Source: Macrostomum lignano
Taxonomy: Eukaryota
Length of the DNA: 64,000 nucleotides
Assembly (NCBI GenBank): GCA_002269645.1
Contig: NIVC01002471.1
Location: 1 to 64,000, forward strand
Reading direction: 5' to 3'
Below are positions 1-12,500 of the stretch, one piece after another. The notes under the pieces were generated by a model. The model was not told the origin of the DNA. It worked only from the letters and a program-made list of their open reading frames with translations, and ran no database searches. Position 1 is the first letter of the stretch. The number at the start of each line of letters is the position of its first letter. The position numbers were made by a program, and so were the translations under genes.

Positions 1-94
1 TTTCGCGCCCATGGTTCCACAAAATTTCGCGCCAGACCCAGGATTCGCGCCATTTTCGCGCCTGGCGCGAATTCGCACCTGAATCACACCACTG
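1..94. mobile_element. Probable right end of a hAT-like MITE (truncated by window edge)
   Basis: Several TTCGCGCC subterminal motifs, then AATCACACCACTG (reverse complement CAGTGGTGTGATT, a CAG-starting TIR-like end). The other end and any TSD are outside the window. Confidence 0.3.
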
Positions 95-270
95 CAGGTA
101 AGTTCGCCATCAGTTATAATGTGCGGCAGAGCAGCGCCGAAGGTAGCTCAACGGGCGGAAATTTTATGTTTCACTACTTCCGACAGTCTAGCAGCTCTTC
201 GGGCCCTGTCGTAGCACCAACAGCTCCCAATTTTGTCCTGGACTGCAACGCCCTGCCGCAGGACATGTAG

Positions 271-670
271 TTAGAGCTCAAGTGGATCCCGGGTCACACT
301 GGCTTCCTCGGCAACGAGTGCCCTGACCTGCTGGTCAAGGCTGGCTCGACCGCCGGTGCACTTCTGGGGCCGGGCCCCAGTCGGCCATCCCCGTCTCGGT
401 GAGCAAATCTCGCGTCAAGCGCTGGACAGACTCCGAGCATATCCACAGATGGCAAGAAACTCGGAATTGCAGGCGATCCCGTGCTGCCGTTTCCTGCCCT
501 CGCCCCTCCTGCGTAGAGCTCTTCTTACGCTCAATCGCAGGAAACTCAGAGCAGTCAGCATGGCCCTGTCTGGGCATGGCTGCTTCTCTCGCCACCGTTT
601 CCTGAGGAGCAGTGCCCCTTTTGTTGCCCAGGTAGTGAAAACGCTGAGTCACTTTATCTGCAACCGCCCG
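271..670 (+). mobile_element. Decayed non-LTR retrotransposon (LINE) ORF2 C-terminus: RNase H plus zinc-knuckle region
   Basis: 271-348 translates LELKWIPGHTGFLGNECPDLLVKAG, the RNase H WIPGH..GNE.AD.LAK motif. After frameshifts: ALSGHGCFSRH...KTLSHFICNRP, a degenerate LTGHG...ETxxHxxxxCP knuckle. Contains stops and frameshifts. Confidence 0.75.
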
Positions 671-1834
671 GTTGACCTCGGGCCAAACCCGGTTCTCCCC
701 GACATTTTCAGGCCCGAGAGCATACCGCTGCTCGCCCGGTACCTCAGGGACACGGGACCAGCTGAGTTTTTCGCGACAGCTGAGGAGGACTGCAGGCGAG
801 ACCGAAAGGTGCCTCTGAGCGACACCATTTCGATGGAAGTTTTTGATCGCCAGGGGCCAGAAAAAAGGGGCGGTCTCCGCCTCCAAGCTGCATCCGCGGG
901 TCAATGCTCCTGCAGCTAGAGTAGAATTTCAAATACTAACTCAACCATTCTCTCCTGACCTAAAAGTGTTCAAACAATTTTATGCCTGATGGCAAAATGA
1001 AGAAAAGTACAGATAAATTTCACGCAAAATTTTTACCGAATAAAGAAATCTCACTGCATGTGATTAGTTGTCTTACAATTTATTGCTTGTAGTACATATT
1101 AACAAAACTTTCAATTCTTTTGGCTTTTGATCTGCACTGAAAATGGCTGAAATGGCTAGCAGAAGTAGCTCAAAGCGAATTGAATAGTGGGGCTACGTCA
1201 AAAGAATCATGCTTCCTGGAGTCGCGTGATTACGCCCGTGACTTTTCCGTTTTGCCGCAATAACCAATAGTGGACTTCTAACCGGCATAGGTTGATATAT
1301 AAGAATGTGAATTCGCCGCACAAATACATATACAAGTCTGTTAGCTTACTTCCTACCATAAAGCTTATCTATCAATAGGCATTCTCATAAGGCAAGGATA
1401 AAACGCAAATTTCACAGATTCGACATATTACAAAGCATAGACGGAGAATTGTCCGTTTTAATCAATACTGTAAATCTCTGCCTTAGGTAAATATCAGGTA
1501 GGAATGTCCAAACTAGCAACACAAACAGGTTAACGTTCAGAATGAGAAAAATATTCATAAACCAGAAGCATTATACATCCATTGGAATGTGTACACTGCA
1601 CTTAAAAAGTCATTATGAACAGGAAAAACATGCGGGCTATATTTATATTGAGTGCATGTAATATATCTAGTATAATATGCCTATTTTATATCCCTTTTTA
1701 ATAGGATATCCAGGCTAAAGGTGTGCTTTAGCATAGCGAAACATCTTTAACTAACATTAGTTTGCTTGTACATACGGATATGCAAGCAAACAAACACAAA
1801 CAATGCGTTAGAATAAATAAGCACGTTAAACTAG

Positions 1835-4800
1835 TCAAGCCCGATCCCCTTGGACGGGTGGCTCAACTGGGACAGCCAGTGTCGGACAAAGCTGGACAAG
1901 AAGGTCGCAACAGCCCACAACGCCGGTGGTAAGAAGCTGGATTCCGACTTTGCACCTGCTGGCAATCTGGCGCACAGAAGCTACCTCTGAGTAGGTGCAA
2001 CCACCAAGCATAACGACTAGCGCTGACTGGTTCACTGCATAGCGGTTTTGCGCCAGTGTTTGGTGCTTGTAGAATGGCAAATTGTTGAGGCTCGGCTGCG
2101 ACTGTTGGCTGTTGGACCTGCCCTTGCCAGACTCCAAGGCTAACTGAATAAGCTTGCCAGACAGCGGCTCGCACAGGCCGCTCATGGCATAGGAGAGCCG
2201 GCTGGAGTCCTGCTCTGCGCTAGCGGGATCCCGCTCCACCAGCTGAAGCCGCTTGCGCAGAGCCGGATAATCCATGGAGGCATTGGCTGCAGCAGATGCC
2301 GACGATGGTGGCACAGCGGCAGATGACAGAGCGGACTGGCGACCGCCAGTGACGGAAGCCACGTGACCGACTTTGTCTCGTGGCGTCAGCAAGCCGGCCT
2401 TGTGCAGCGCAGCAAAAGTGGCCACGTGCTGATAGCCAAAGGCCTGGCAGAACGCCTGACGCAGGCGCGAGAGGTCTTCAACAGAAAAGCCGCCGCAAGC
2501 CAGCGAGTGCAAGCACATGAGGCGCAGCGTGTGACGCGGGTCGGCCCGGCGTACGCAGCACTCGGCAAAGTAGTCGGCGTAGTAATTGCGCATGCCGATG
2601 CTCTGCCGCATTGACGCGTCCGTCGGATCAGCGCCAATCAGCATGCACTCTTCTGCGTGCAGAAACTCTTTCAGGCCATTGAAGCGCTTGTTCACTTCCT
2701 CGCACAGGGTGATGTGGGAGGCAAGGGAGCGCTTCTTGAATGTTAAATCGCGAAGATCGTTCTGCACAAAGCTGCGCATTTCGGCCACCGACTTTGCAGA
2801 CCGGCCATGCTGCTCAAAGCTCGTCAAACTATGCGCTACCTGCAGTGCATGGTGACGGGTAAAGTTTAAGGTCATTCATTGGCTACCTGCAGTGCATGGT
2901 GACGGGTAAGGTTTCAGGTCATTCATTGGCTACCTGCAGTGCATGGTGACGGGTAAGGTTTTAGGTCATTAGCTACCTGCAGTGCATGGGGACGGGTAAA
3001 GTTTCAGGTCATAAGCTACCTGGTGACGGGTAAAGTTTCAGGTGATTACGACACATGCACTCGGAATCAGTAGGAAACACCAAGTCAGCATTTGTCTCAT
3101 CTCATTTTTACTTGGTCTATTGACAAATTCACTGGCTGCAGTGAACTAAAGATCTGCATATTTATTTAAACCCAATTTGTGCAGTAGGCAGGCAGAAAAT
3201 GAACAAATATTCAGCAATTTTCTGGCACCGATGCAAATAAGATGCAATTTAGCATTTTTAAGACATTTAATATCGGTGGATATCTTGTGACACAGTGCAA
3301 TCAACTGTTACCTGCAACAAAGTACAGTGATAGAAAGCAGCGCATACAGCCATACCTGCCGCAACGTGTCAGGAACAGCCGCCATGTGCAGATCGGACAG
3401 GCACCGAAACACGGGGTCTTCAAGGCGGGACACGAAGAGCCTAGACGGCTGCTGCTGCTGCTGCTGCTGACCAGGCTCAGAAGACGCTGCTGCGTTCGAC
3501 CGGGGAACTACGAGCAGACCGCTGGTAACGCGAAAGCAATCATCGAGACATCCGGCATACAGGCGCTGCAGGCACAGTGGTGTGATTAGGTCCACTTCGC
3601 GACTGAAAATGATAACCTGAAAACGGGTCAGCGGAGAAAGATAAAAATACTGGATACTGCGTCAACGATGGTAACAGGACTACTTAACCCACATTTGACT
3701 GCCGAGCATTTGATTGTCAGCCCTTTGACTGCCACTGATCATGTACCTTGCGTGTCCCTTGCCTTCTTGCATGCCTTGCTAATAGTAGCAATAAAAGTGA
3801 GAGTGAAATTCAATAGGCAAGCTACTGATGCCAAATGCAAACCTGACTGAATAACTGAACATTCAGGAGAGTGAAATTCAATAGGCAAGCTACTGATGCC
3901 AAGTGCAAACCTGACTGAATAACTGAACATTCAGGAGAGTGAAATTCAATAGGCAAGCTACTGATGCCAAATGCAAACCTGACTGAATAACTGAACATTC
4001 AGGAGAGTGAAATTCAATAGGCAAGCTACTGATGCCAAGTGCAAACCTGACTGAATAACTGAACATTCAGGAGAGTGAAATTCAATAGGCAAGCTACTGA
4101 TGCCAAATGCAAACCTGACTGAATAACTGAACATTCAGGAGAGTGAAATTCAATAGGCAAGCTACTGATGCCAAGTGCAAACCTAACTGAATAACTGAAC
4201 ATTCAGGAGAGTGAAATTCAATAGGCAAGCTACTGATGCCAAGTGCAAACCTGACTGAATAACTGAACATTCAGGAGAGTGAAATTCAATAGGCAAGCTA
4301 CTGATGCCAAGTGCAAACCTGACTGAATAACTGAACATTCAGGAGAGTGAAATTCAATAGGCAAGCTACTGATGCCAAGTGCAAACCTAACTGAATAACT
4401 GAACATTCAGGAGAGTGAAATTCAATAGGCAAGCTACTGATGCCAAGTGCAAACCTGACTGAATAACTGAACATTCAGGAGAGTGAAATTCAATAGACAA
4501 GCTACTGATGCCAAATGCAAACCTGACTGAATAACTGAACATTCAGGAGAGTGAAATTCAATAGGCAAGCTACTGATGCCAAATGCAAACCTGACTGAAT
4601 AACTGAACATTCAGGAGAGTGAAATTCAATAGGCAAGCTACTGATGCCAAATGCAAACCTGACTGAATAACTGAACATTCAGGAGAGTGAAATTCAATAG
4701 GCAAGCTACTGATGCCAAGTGCAAACCTGACTGAATAACTGAACATTCAGGAGAGTGAAATTCAATAGACAAGCTACTGATGCCAAATGCAAACCTGACT

Positions 4801-7800
4801 GAATAACTGAACATTCAGGAGAGTGAAATTCAATAGGCAAGCTACTGATGCCAAGTGCAAACCTGACTGAATAACTGAACATTCAGGAGAGTGAAATTCA
4901 ATAGGCAAGCTACTGATGCCAAATGCAAACCTGACTGAATAACTGAACATTCAGGAGAGTGAAATTCAATAGGCAAGCTACTGATGCCAAGTGCAAACCT
5001 GACTGAATAACTGAACATTCAGGAGAGTGAAATTCAATAGGCAAGCTACTGATGCCAAGTGCAAACCTGACTGAATAACTGAACATTCAGGAGAGTGAAA
5101 TTCAATAGGCAAGCTACTGATGCCAAATGCAAACCTGACTGAATAACTGAACATTCAGGAGAGTGAAATTCAATAGGCAAGCTACTGATGCCAAATGCAA
5201 ACCTGACTGAATAACTGAACATTCAGGAGAGTGAAATTCAATAGGCAAGCTACTGATGCCAAATGCAAACCTGACTGAATAACTGAACATTCAGGAGAGT
5301 GAAATTCAATAGGCAAGCTACTGATGCCAAGTGCAAACCTGACTGAATAACTGAACATTCAGGAGAGTGAAATTCAATAGGCAAGCTACTGATGCCAAAT
5401 GCAAACCTGACTGAATAACTGAACATTCAGGAGAGTGAAATTCAATAGGCAAGCTACTGATGCCAAATGCAAACCTAACTGAATAACTGAACATTCAGGA
5501 GAGTGAAATTCAATAGGCAAGCTACTGATGCCAAGTGCAAACCTGACTGAATAACTGAACATTCAGGAGAGTGAAATTCAATAGGCAAGCTACTGATGCC
5601 AAGTGCAAACCTGACTGAATAACTGAACATTCAGGAGAGTGAAATTCAATAGGCAAGCTACTGATGCCAAATGCAAACCTGACTGAATAACTGAACATTC
5701 AGGAGAGTGAAATTCAATAGGCAAGCTACTGATGCCAAGTGCAAACCTGACTGAATAACTGAACATTCAGGAGAGTGAAATTCAATAGGCAAGCTACTGA
5801 TGCCAAGTGCAAACCTGACTGAATAACTGAACATTCAGGAGAGTGAAATTCAATAGGCAAGCTACTGATGCCAAATGCAAACCTGACTGAATAACTGAAC
5901 ATTCAGGAGAGTGAAATTCAATAGGCAAGCTACTGATGCCAAGTGCAAACCTGACTGAAGCCGCCGGGCCCGGATGCCGCAGCCGCTGCTGCTGAAGAGC
6001 CGCTACCAGAGCGCAGGTGTTCGCACAGCGCAAACACTGCAAGCGCGGACTCGCCGAACAAGTGCCAGTGCGGGGCGGGGCCGGCCGGCCGGGTGGCGTG
6101 CTCGATACTGACGATGGCCCGAGCCACAGAGGCCAGCACGCTGCGATCACCGTCAGACTGTAGGCAGCGAAATGCGGAGTCCAACTCCATAGACAGCAGG
6201 TCTTCGTCCAGGGGAAACAGCAATAGCGGCAGGTCGTGTAGCTGAAATAACTGGCCCAGCACCCCCTCCTCCTCGGCCAGGGCGTGCGCTCCGGCGGGCA
6301 CAGCGGGCAGGAATGCCACCAGGTACAGGCGCCGAACGCCCCGCATGGAGTCCGCCTTGAACGCGTTGCACACCTGGCGCAGTCGGCGCAGATCTGGGCG
6401 CAGCAAGTAAAGAATGGGGAAACGGGCCCTGGCCGACTCAGGCGGGTGCTCGATGCGGCCATCGCGATAGCTTTGAACTTCTGCCGCCATCTGCTTTCTT
6501 TTGAAAAAGTGTAAAATTATGTAAACTTTCGAGCCTATTTGAATGCACGGATAAAGCATCCATGATAATAACCTGATGTAAGCCCCTGAGCCTATTTGAA
6601 TGCACGGATAAAGCATCCATGATAATAACCTGATGTAAGCCCCTGAGCCTATTTGAATGCACTGATCTAGCACGCATGATAATAACCTGATGTAAGCCCC
6701 TGAGCCTATTTGAATGCACGGATAAAGCATCCATGATAATAACCTGATGTAAGCCCCTGAGCCTATTTGAATGCACTGATCTAGCATGCATGATAATAAC
6801 CTGATGTAAGCCCCTGAGCCTATTTGAATGCACTGATCTAGCATGCATGATAATAACCTGATGTAAGCCCCTGAGCCTATTTGAATGCACTGATCTAGCA
6901 TGCATGATAATAACCTGATGTAAGCCCCTGAGCCTATTTGAATGCACTGATCTAGCATGCATGATAATAACCTGATGTAAGCCCCTGAGCCTATTTGAAT
7001 GCACTGATCTAGCACGCATGATAATAACCTGATGTAAGCCCCTGAGCCTATTTGAATGCACTGATCTAGCATGCATGATAATAGCCTGATGTAAGCCCCT
7101 GAGCCTATTTGAATGCACTGATCTAGCATGCATGATAATAGCCTGATGTAAGCCCCTGAGCCTATTTGAATGCACGGGTCTAGCAACCATGATGATAGCC
7201 TGATGTAAGCCCCTGAGCCTATTTGAATGCACTGATCTAGCATGCATGATAATAGCCTGATGTAAGCCCCTGAGCCTATTTGAATGCACTGATCTAGCAT
7301 GCATGATAATAGCCTGATGTAAGCCCCTGAGCCTATTTGAATGCACTGATCTAGCATGCATGATAATAACCTGATGTAAGCCCCTGAGCCTATTTGAATG
7401 CACTGATCTAGCACGCATGATAATAACCTGATGTAAGCCCCTGAGCCTATTTGAATGCACTGATCTAGCACGCATGATAATAGCCTGATGTAAGCCCCTG
7501 AGCCTATTTGAATGCACTGATCTAGCATGCAGGATAATAGCCTGATGTAAGCCCCTGAGCCTATTTGAATGCACTGATCTAGCATGCATGATAATAACCT
7601 GATGTAAGCCCCTGAGCCTATTTGAATGCACTGATCTAGCATGCATAATAGCCTGATGTAAGCCCCTGAGCCTATTTGAATGCACTGATCTAGCACGCAT
7701 GATAATAGCCTGATGTAAGCCCCTGAGCCTATTTGAATGCACGGATCTAGCATGCATGATAATAGCCTGATGTAAGCCCCTGAGCCTATTTGAATGCACT

Positions 7801-8600
7801 GATCTAGCATGCATGATAATAGCCTGATGTAAGCCCCTGAGCCTATTTGAATGCACGGGTCTAGTAACCATGATGATAGCCTGATGTAAGCCCCTGAGCC
7901 TATTTGAATGCACTGATCTAGCATGCATGATAATAACCTGATGTAAGCCCCTGAGCCTATTTGAATGCACTGATCTAGCATGCATGATAATAACCTGATG
8001 TAAGCCCCTGAGCCTATTTGAATGCACTGATCTAGCATGCATAATAGCCTGATGTAAGCCCCTGAGCCTATTTGAATGCACTGATCTAGCACGCATGATA
8101 ATAACCTGATGTAAGCCCCTGAGCCTATTTGAATGCACGGGTCTAGTAACCATGATGATAGCCTGATGTAAGCTGAGGTGCTGCGGCGCGAGAGTCAGAC
8201 GCGTTTACCACTGAACTGCCCTGCCCCGTTAGAGTGAACCAAGGTGAACCATTGAGCTCAGCTTGATAGTGAAGATTGACGCAAACAGTAAACTACGCTG
8301 AGCACAGAACTCTGCTTAATTTGCAATTGTGACGGGAATGGGCTAGCAATCGATTGTTTTGCATGCGAATGTAGCAAATCTACCAACATAATACGCATAG
8401 TCGCACCTTAGTTGCGCACCAGTAGTTACACGATCAAGCGGTTTCATCAGGCTTGGATCGATCACCAGAATGTGATCGCCGCCAGTCAGCTCCTGAGCCT
8501 GCTTCACCAGATTGTTGCCGACCTCGGCTACGAAGGCTGGGTCCACCAGGGCAGTAGTCGGCTTGTTCTCTGGCAGGAAATGGGGTATGAACTACCTGAA
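1835..8600 (-). CDS. VPS33B: VPS33B-like Sec1/Munc18 family protein, at least 4 exons: ~8600-8407, 6497-5951, 3616-3356, 2839-1835; true start unresolved
   Basis: Spliced translation ...HILVIDPSLMKPLDRVTTGAQLR|KQMAAEV...ILYLLRPD...EEEGVLG...LLFPLDEDLLSMELDSAF...GGFSQ|VIIFSREVDLITPLCLQRLYAGCLDDCFRV...LRQ|VAHSL...ASHITLCEE...LRLMCLHSL...LVVMLGGCTYSEVASVR. GT-AG junctions are phase-compatible (exon 2 needs the AAG acceptor at 6499-6498). LMKPLDR and LCLQRLYAGCLDDCFR resemble VPS33B more than VPS33A. Confidence 0.85.
2835..3045. repeat. 43-47 bp tandem repeat, ~5 copies, overlapping the VPS33B intron 3/exon 4 acceptor
   Basis: Unit GCTACCTGCAGTGCATGGTGACGGGTAARGTTTCAGGTCATTCATTG starts at 2835, 2882, 2929, 2972, 3015. 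Confidence 0.9.
3799..5959. repeat. 68-bp minisatellite, ~32 near-identical copies, in VPS33B intron 2
   Basis: CAATAGGCAA recurs at 3811, 3879 etc. (period 68). Main variants are GCCAAATGC/GCCAAGTGC and CCTGACTG/CCTAACTG. Confidence 0.97.
6531..8173. repeat. 57-bp minisatellite, ~29 copies (two 54-bp variants), in VPS33B intron 1
   Basis: Unit GAGCCTATTTGAATGCACTGATCTAGCATGCATGATAATAACCTGATGTAAGCCCCT; produces the 19-aa-periodic ORFs in the track. Confidence 0.97.
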
Positions 8601-8956
8601 AGCATTCTGTGACCTTGGGAATTGAAATTAACCTACCCGAAATCCCAGTAGCAATGCCATCTCTCACAATTGTTGCTGCTACTGTTTACGGACTAACTTG
8701 ACTCTTTATCAGTCAAGATGTAATGATAAAATTCTTTATTGTTTTCCAAGGTCCAGAAGTTTTCCCATAGATGCGCAACACCCGGCCAGCCAAGGTAAGC
8801 TGCAAAAATGCCTACACGAAGAAATTCAAACGTAGTACTAATTAGATGACGAGGCACTAAGCCGCGAAAAATACACCCCTGTTACTCCTGCCGTTTACTC
8901 AGTCGTTTAATTTTTCCTAGTTTCTTTCATAGGTAAGTCACATTTTTGTCAAAAAG

Positions 8957-9123
8957 TATACTCAGCAACATTGAAAAGTCGCCACCATTTGCCACAGTGA
9001 GCAGTGTCCTTCGACTAGCGTCTATCTCCTAGCCTCACTAATTGCGTCACTCAAAATTCAACACTGAACTGGAATTTACTGCGCACTCTCAAAGGTGGCG
9101 ACTTATAAATGTTGTTGAGTATA
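8957..9123. mobile_element. ~165-bp MITE with 30-bp imperfect TIRs, TA/TATA flanked
   Basis: TATACTCAGCAACATTGAAAAGTCGCCACC (8957-8986) versus reverse complement of 9094-9123, TATACTCAACAACATTTATAAGTCGCCACC. Confidence 0.7.
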
Positions 9124-11475
9124 AGTCTCACGGCCGGTGTAAATCAGGGCGGTTGCGCATGTATGAGTTTTCCTGAAGTTCACTCGCAATGATAAATGAG
9201 GAATCCATTGGAAGCCGACATGGACTCAGATTTTGGAGAGATTGGACAGAATCGCTCAGAAATTTCATCCCTTTTGACATCTCTTACGAGCGCGTAAAGG
9301 GTGCTTAGCCTCAACATCCCGGGCAGAGGTGAGTCTTGAGAACAGATATGATAAATTTCGCCTGGCTAGCTTGGTTTTATCGCACAGATAATTATTCAAG
9401 ATTATCACTGAAAGCAGAAAATGACTAAACCAGTGCAAATAAGGCAGCGCTATCGCCTTTACATTACAGCATGGAATGTGCAGTGTAAAGACAGAAAAAG
9501 CGTTGCTTGTCAGAATTACTCACTGTCTCCCCGTTCCATAGCGGGCTTAGATTAGATAAGTAAAATGCAAGGCGGGAGTCAAGCTGACAGCGGCACGGCT
9601 TCAGAGATAAGTTCCGAAATGATGCTGAAAATCTGTATAAGCCAGAGATAGAAATAATCAGTACAAGCATAAGGATGCAGTATTGACGTCGCGGCTGGGT
9701 GCTAAAAGCCCTGAATCCTGCTACTATATTGGAGGCTGGTCGAATTAAAGGATTTAGGAAATGCGACGCTTAAAATAGGGTTGATCGTCTGATAGCAAAG
9801 GCTTAAATATTTTGTAAATAGTATGAGCTATATTAAATGACAAACAATAACTTTCTTATTAACAAAACTGTTGAGTATGTTGTTGAACAATTTAATTAAA
9901 CAAAAATTAATACATAAAGTGCATTCACTAATTCACCGGCTGAATTTCAAATTGACACGAGAAACAGGACTAGGAAATCTGTCCAATAAGTATATCCTAT
10001 ACACAATATTAGAAGGCATTTGGGAAGATATCGCAGCTGATGACTAATAAGCAAAGACCGAAAGCAAAATTGACAATCTTCTGCTTTAGCAGACCTGATA
10101 GGAACCCAATCCGCACATAATTGGATTGCAAATCTTACATGAAAGAGGCAAATGACATTGTAATCCCAGCTACAGTCAGTAAACCAGCCCTCCACTTTAA
10201 CACACCAGCGAAAGATAAAAATAATCATGCTTACTAATTGTACTAGTGACGAGTAGTAACAAGATTGTAAATTTTTAGGCGGTCCTGATTGCTTTAAATA
10301 AATATCGAAAAGCAAGACATTTGCATATTATTATCGCAAATTTTTTCACAAAAACATGAGCAACTTCCATATAACGTTTACATAAATCTTTGCAGAATCA
10401 CAGATACTAGAATAACTAGATGGGCCACTCAGCACATTTGCGTGTAAGTTACTTAGAGTTTAGTAGCAAGTTAAACGGAAGCATTTTAGTGTATTTTTAA
10501 CGCAAAGGTTCATTTGTTGGCTCTTACCCCCACTTAAACCTCCAATCGCGCCTTTCCACACTACCCCCCTCGCCCCGCCACAATTTTTATTGCCTTTCTC
10601 GGAATTCCAGCCTAAAGCGGCCATGTACATTTCAATGGACTAGCTAATGTACATTACCGCTGAACCAATTAGCGAGTTGTTTACGCCTTAGCAAACTTAT
10701 CAAAGTCATTTCAGCTGCCTTGTTTTTATAAAATAGCTTTATGTATTCTTTGCTACTGAACTGAAAGTAGAAAGCTGTTTTACTAAGTGTATATATCTGA
10801 GTGGCCCATCTAGTTATTTTAGTATCTGTGAGCAGAATAGGAAATGAAAACAGTACATTTGACTAAGTGAAAGTTAGTAAAAAAATCAGTCAGAAAAACA
10901 ATAAATGCAGTCAAAGTTAACTGGGGCAGGTGGAAGGTTGTTTTAGTATTACAAATCTTTATTAATCGATTAACTTCATAAAATTGAGCAAGAGAAACCA
11001 ACAAGCCTGTCTGGTCCAGATGAAGCACCTATCATGTTTGAAACATGACTAATAGATAAGTTGTGCAAGTGATGAGTCGTGTGTCGTGTCATGTGTCAGG
11101 ATACAAACCAGCGGTTTGAGTCATCCTGCAGCTACACCTGAGATTTGCATTTAGTTGACTGAAGGCTGAAACTGTTAACGCGTGCACAATTTGAATATTG
11201 GTTAAATGCTGCTTTAGTGCCTGATGCTGGTGCTTGATCATCTTCAGTACCTGAGATTTAGTGACTCTTACACAACCGCCTACTGCCTTGTACTCGTCAG
11301 TCGATTTTACTAAAGTATTTATTTTGTACTAAAGTTCCTCTGCTGAAAAAAGCTTCGGCCGTAATTTGTGGCTGTGAGAAAATGTGAGCACTTTTACGTA
11401 AGTGCTACGTTGACTTGTTTGGGTATATTTTTACATAAATTATATACGTTTGCTCAGTAGACACAAGCAAATCAA

Positions 11476-12500
11476 ATGCGATCAAGCACTACACACAATC
11501 AATATCATGCAATTAAGACTAAGCACAACATACAATCAATATCATGCAATTAAGACTAAGCACAATCAATATCATGTAACCAAGCACTAAACACAATCAA
11601 TATCATGCAATCAAGCATTACACACAATCAATATCATGAAATCAAGCACTACACACAATCAATATCATGCAATCAAGCATTACACACAATCAATACAATG
11701 TTATCAAGCACTGCACACAATCAATATCATGCAGTCAAGCACTACACACAATCAATATCATGCAATCAAGCATTACACACAATCAATACAATGTTATCAA
11801 GCACTGCACACAATCAATATCATGCAGTCAAGCACTACACACAATCAATATCATGCAATCAAGCATTACACACAATCAATACAATGTTATCAAGCACTGC
11901 ACACAATCAATATCATGCAGTCAAGCACTACACACAATCAATATCATGCAATCAAGCATTACACACAATCAATACAATGTTATCAAGCACTGCACACAAT
12001 CAATATCATGCAGTCAAGCACTGCACACAATCAATACGGTATCATGCAGTCAAGCACTACACACAATCAATATCAAGCAATCAAGCACTACACACAATCA
12101 ATACAATGTTATCAAGCACTGCACACAATCAATATCATGCAATCAAGCACTACACACAATCAATACCATGCAATCAAGCACTACACACAATCAATACAAT
12201 GTTATCAAGCACTACACACAATCAATATCATGCAATCAAGCACTACACACAATAAATATCATGCAATCAAGCACTACACAGAATCAATATCATGCAATCA
12301 AGCACAAGCACAATCAATATCATGCAATCAAGCACAAGCACAATCAATATCATGCAATCAAGCACTACACAGAATCAATATCATGTAATCAAGCACAGGC
12401 ACAATCAATATCATGAAATCAAGCACTACACAGAATCAATATCATGCAATCAAGCACTACACAGAATCAATATCATGTAATCAAGCACAAGCACAATCAA
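11476..12500. repeat. 31-bp CA-rich minisatellite (~33 copies) with a 93-bp (3x31) higher-order segment
   Basis: Unit CACAATCAATATCATGCAATCAAGCACTACA; overlapping ORFs show exact 31-aa (93-bp) periodicity over ~11.65-12.0 kb. Confidence 0.95.

Noticed and set aside
82-3587. 13-bp inverted match AATCACACCACTG (82-94) / CAGTGGTGTGATT (~3575-3587)
   Set aside because: The second copy lies in conserved VPS33B codons (LITPL); coincidence rather than a TIR pair.
3735-3772. Possible micro-exon TTAG|CAAGGC...GCAAG|GTAC in VPS33B intron 2
   Set aside because: 32 nt would break the phase-0 to phase-0 join, and exons 2 and 3 already join in frame.
3799-8173. CRISPR-like appearance of regular repeats
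   Set aside because: Units are head-to-tail with no unique spacers, there are no cas genes, and the context is eukaryotic introns.
11605-12480. Overlapping 216-250 aa His/Gln/Thr-rich ORFs in three frames
   Set aside because: All three frames are open because the 31-bp unit largely lacks stops; satellite, not a gene.
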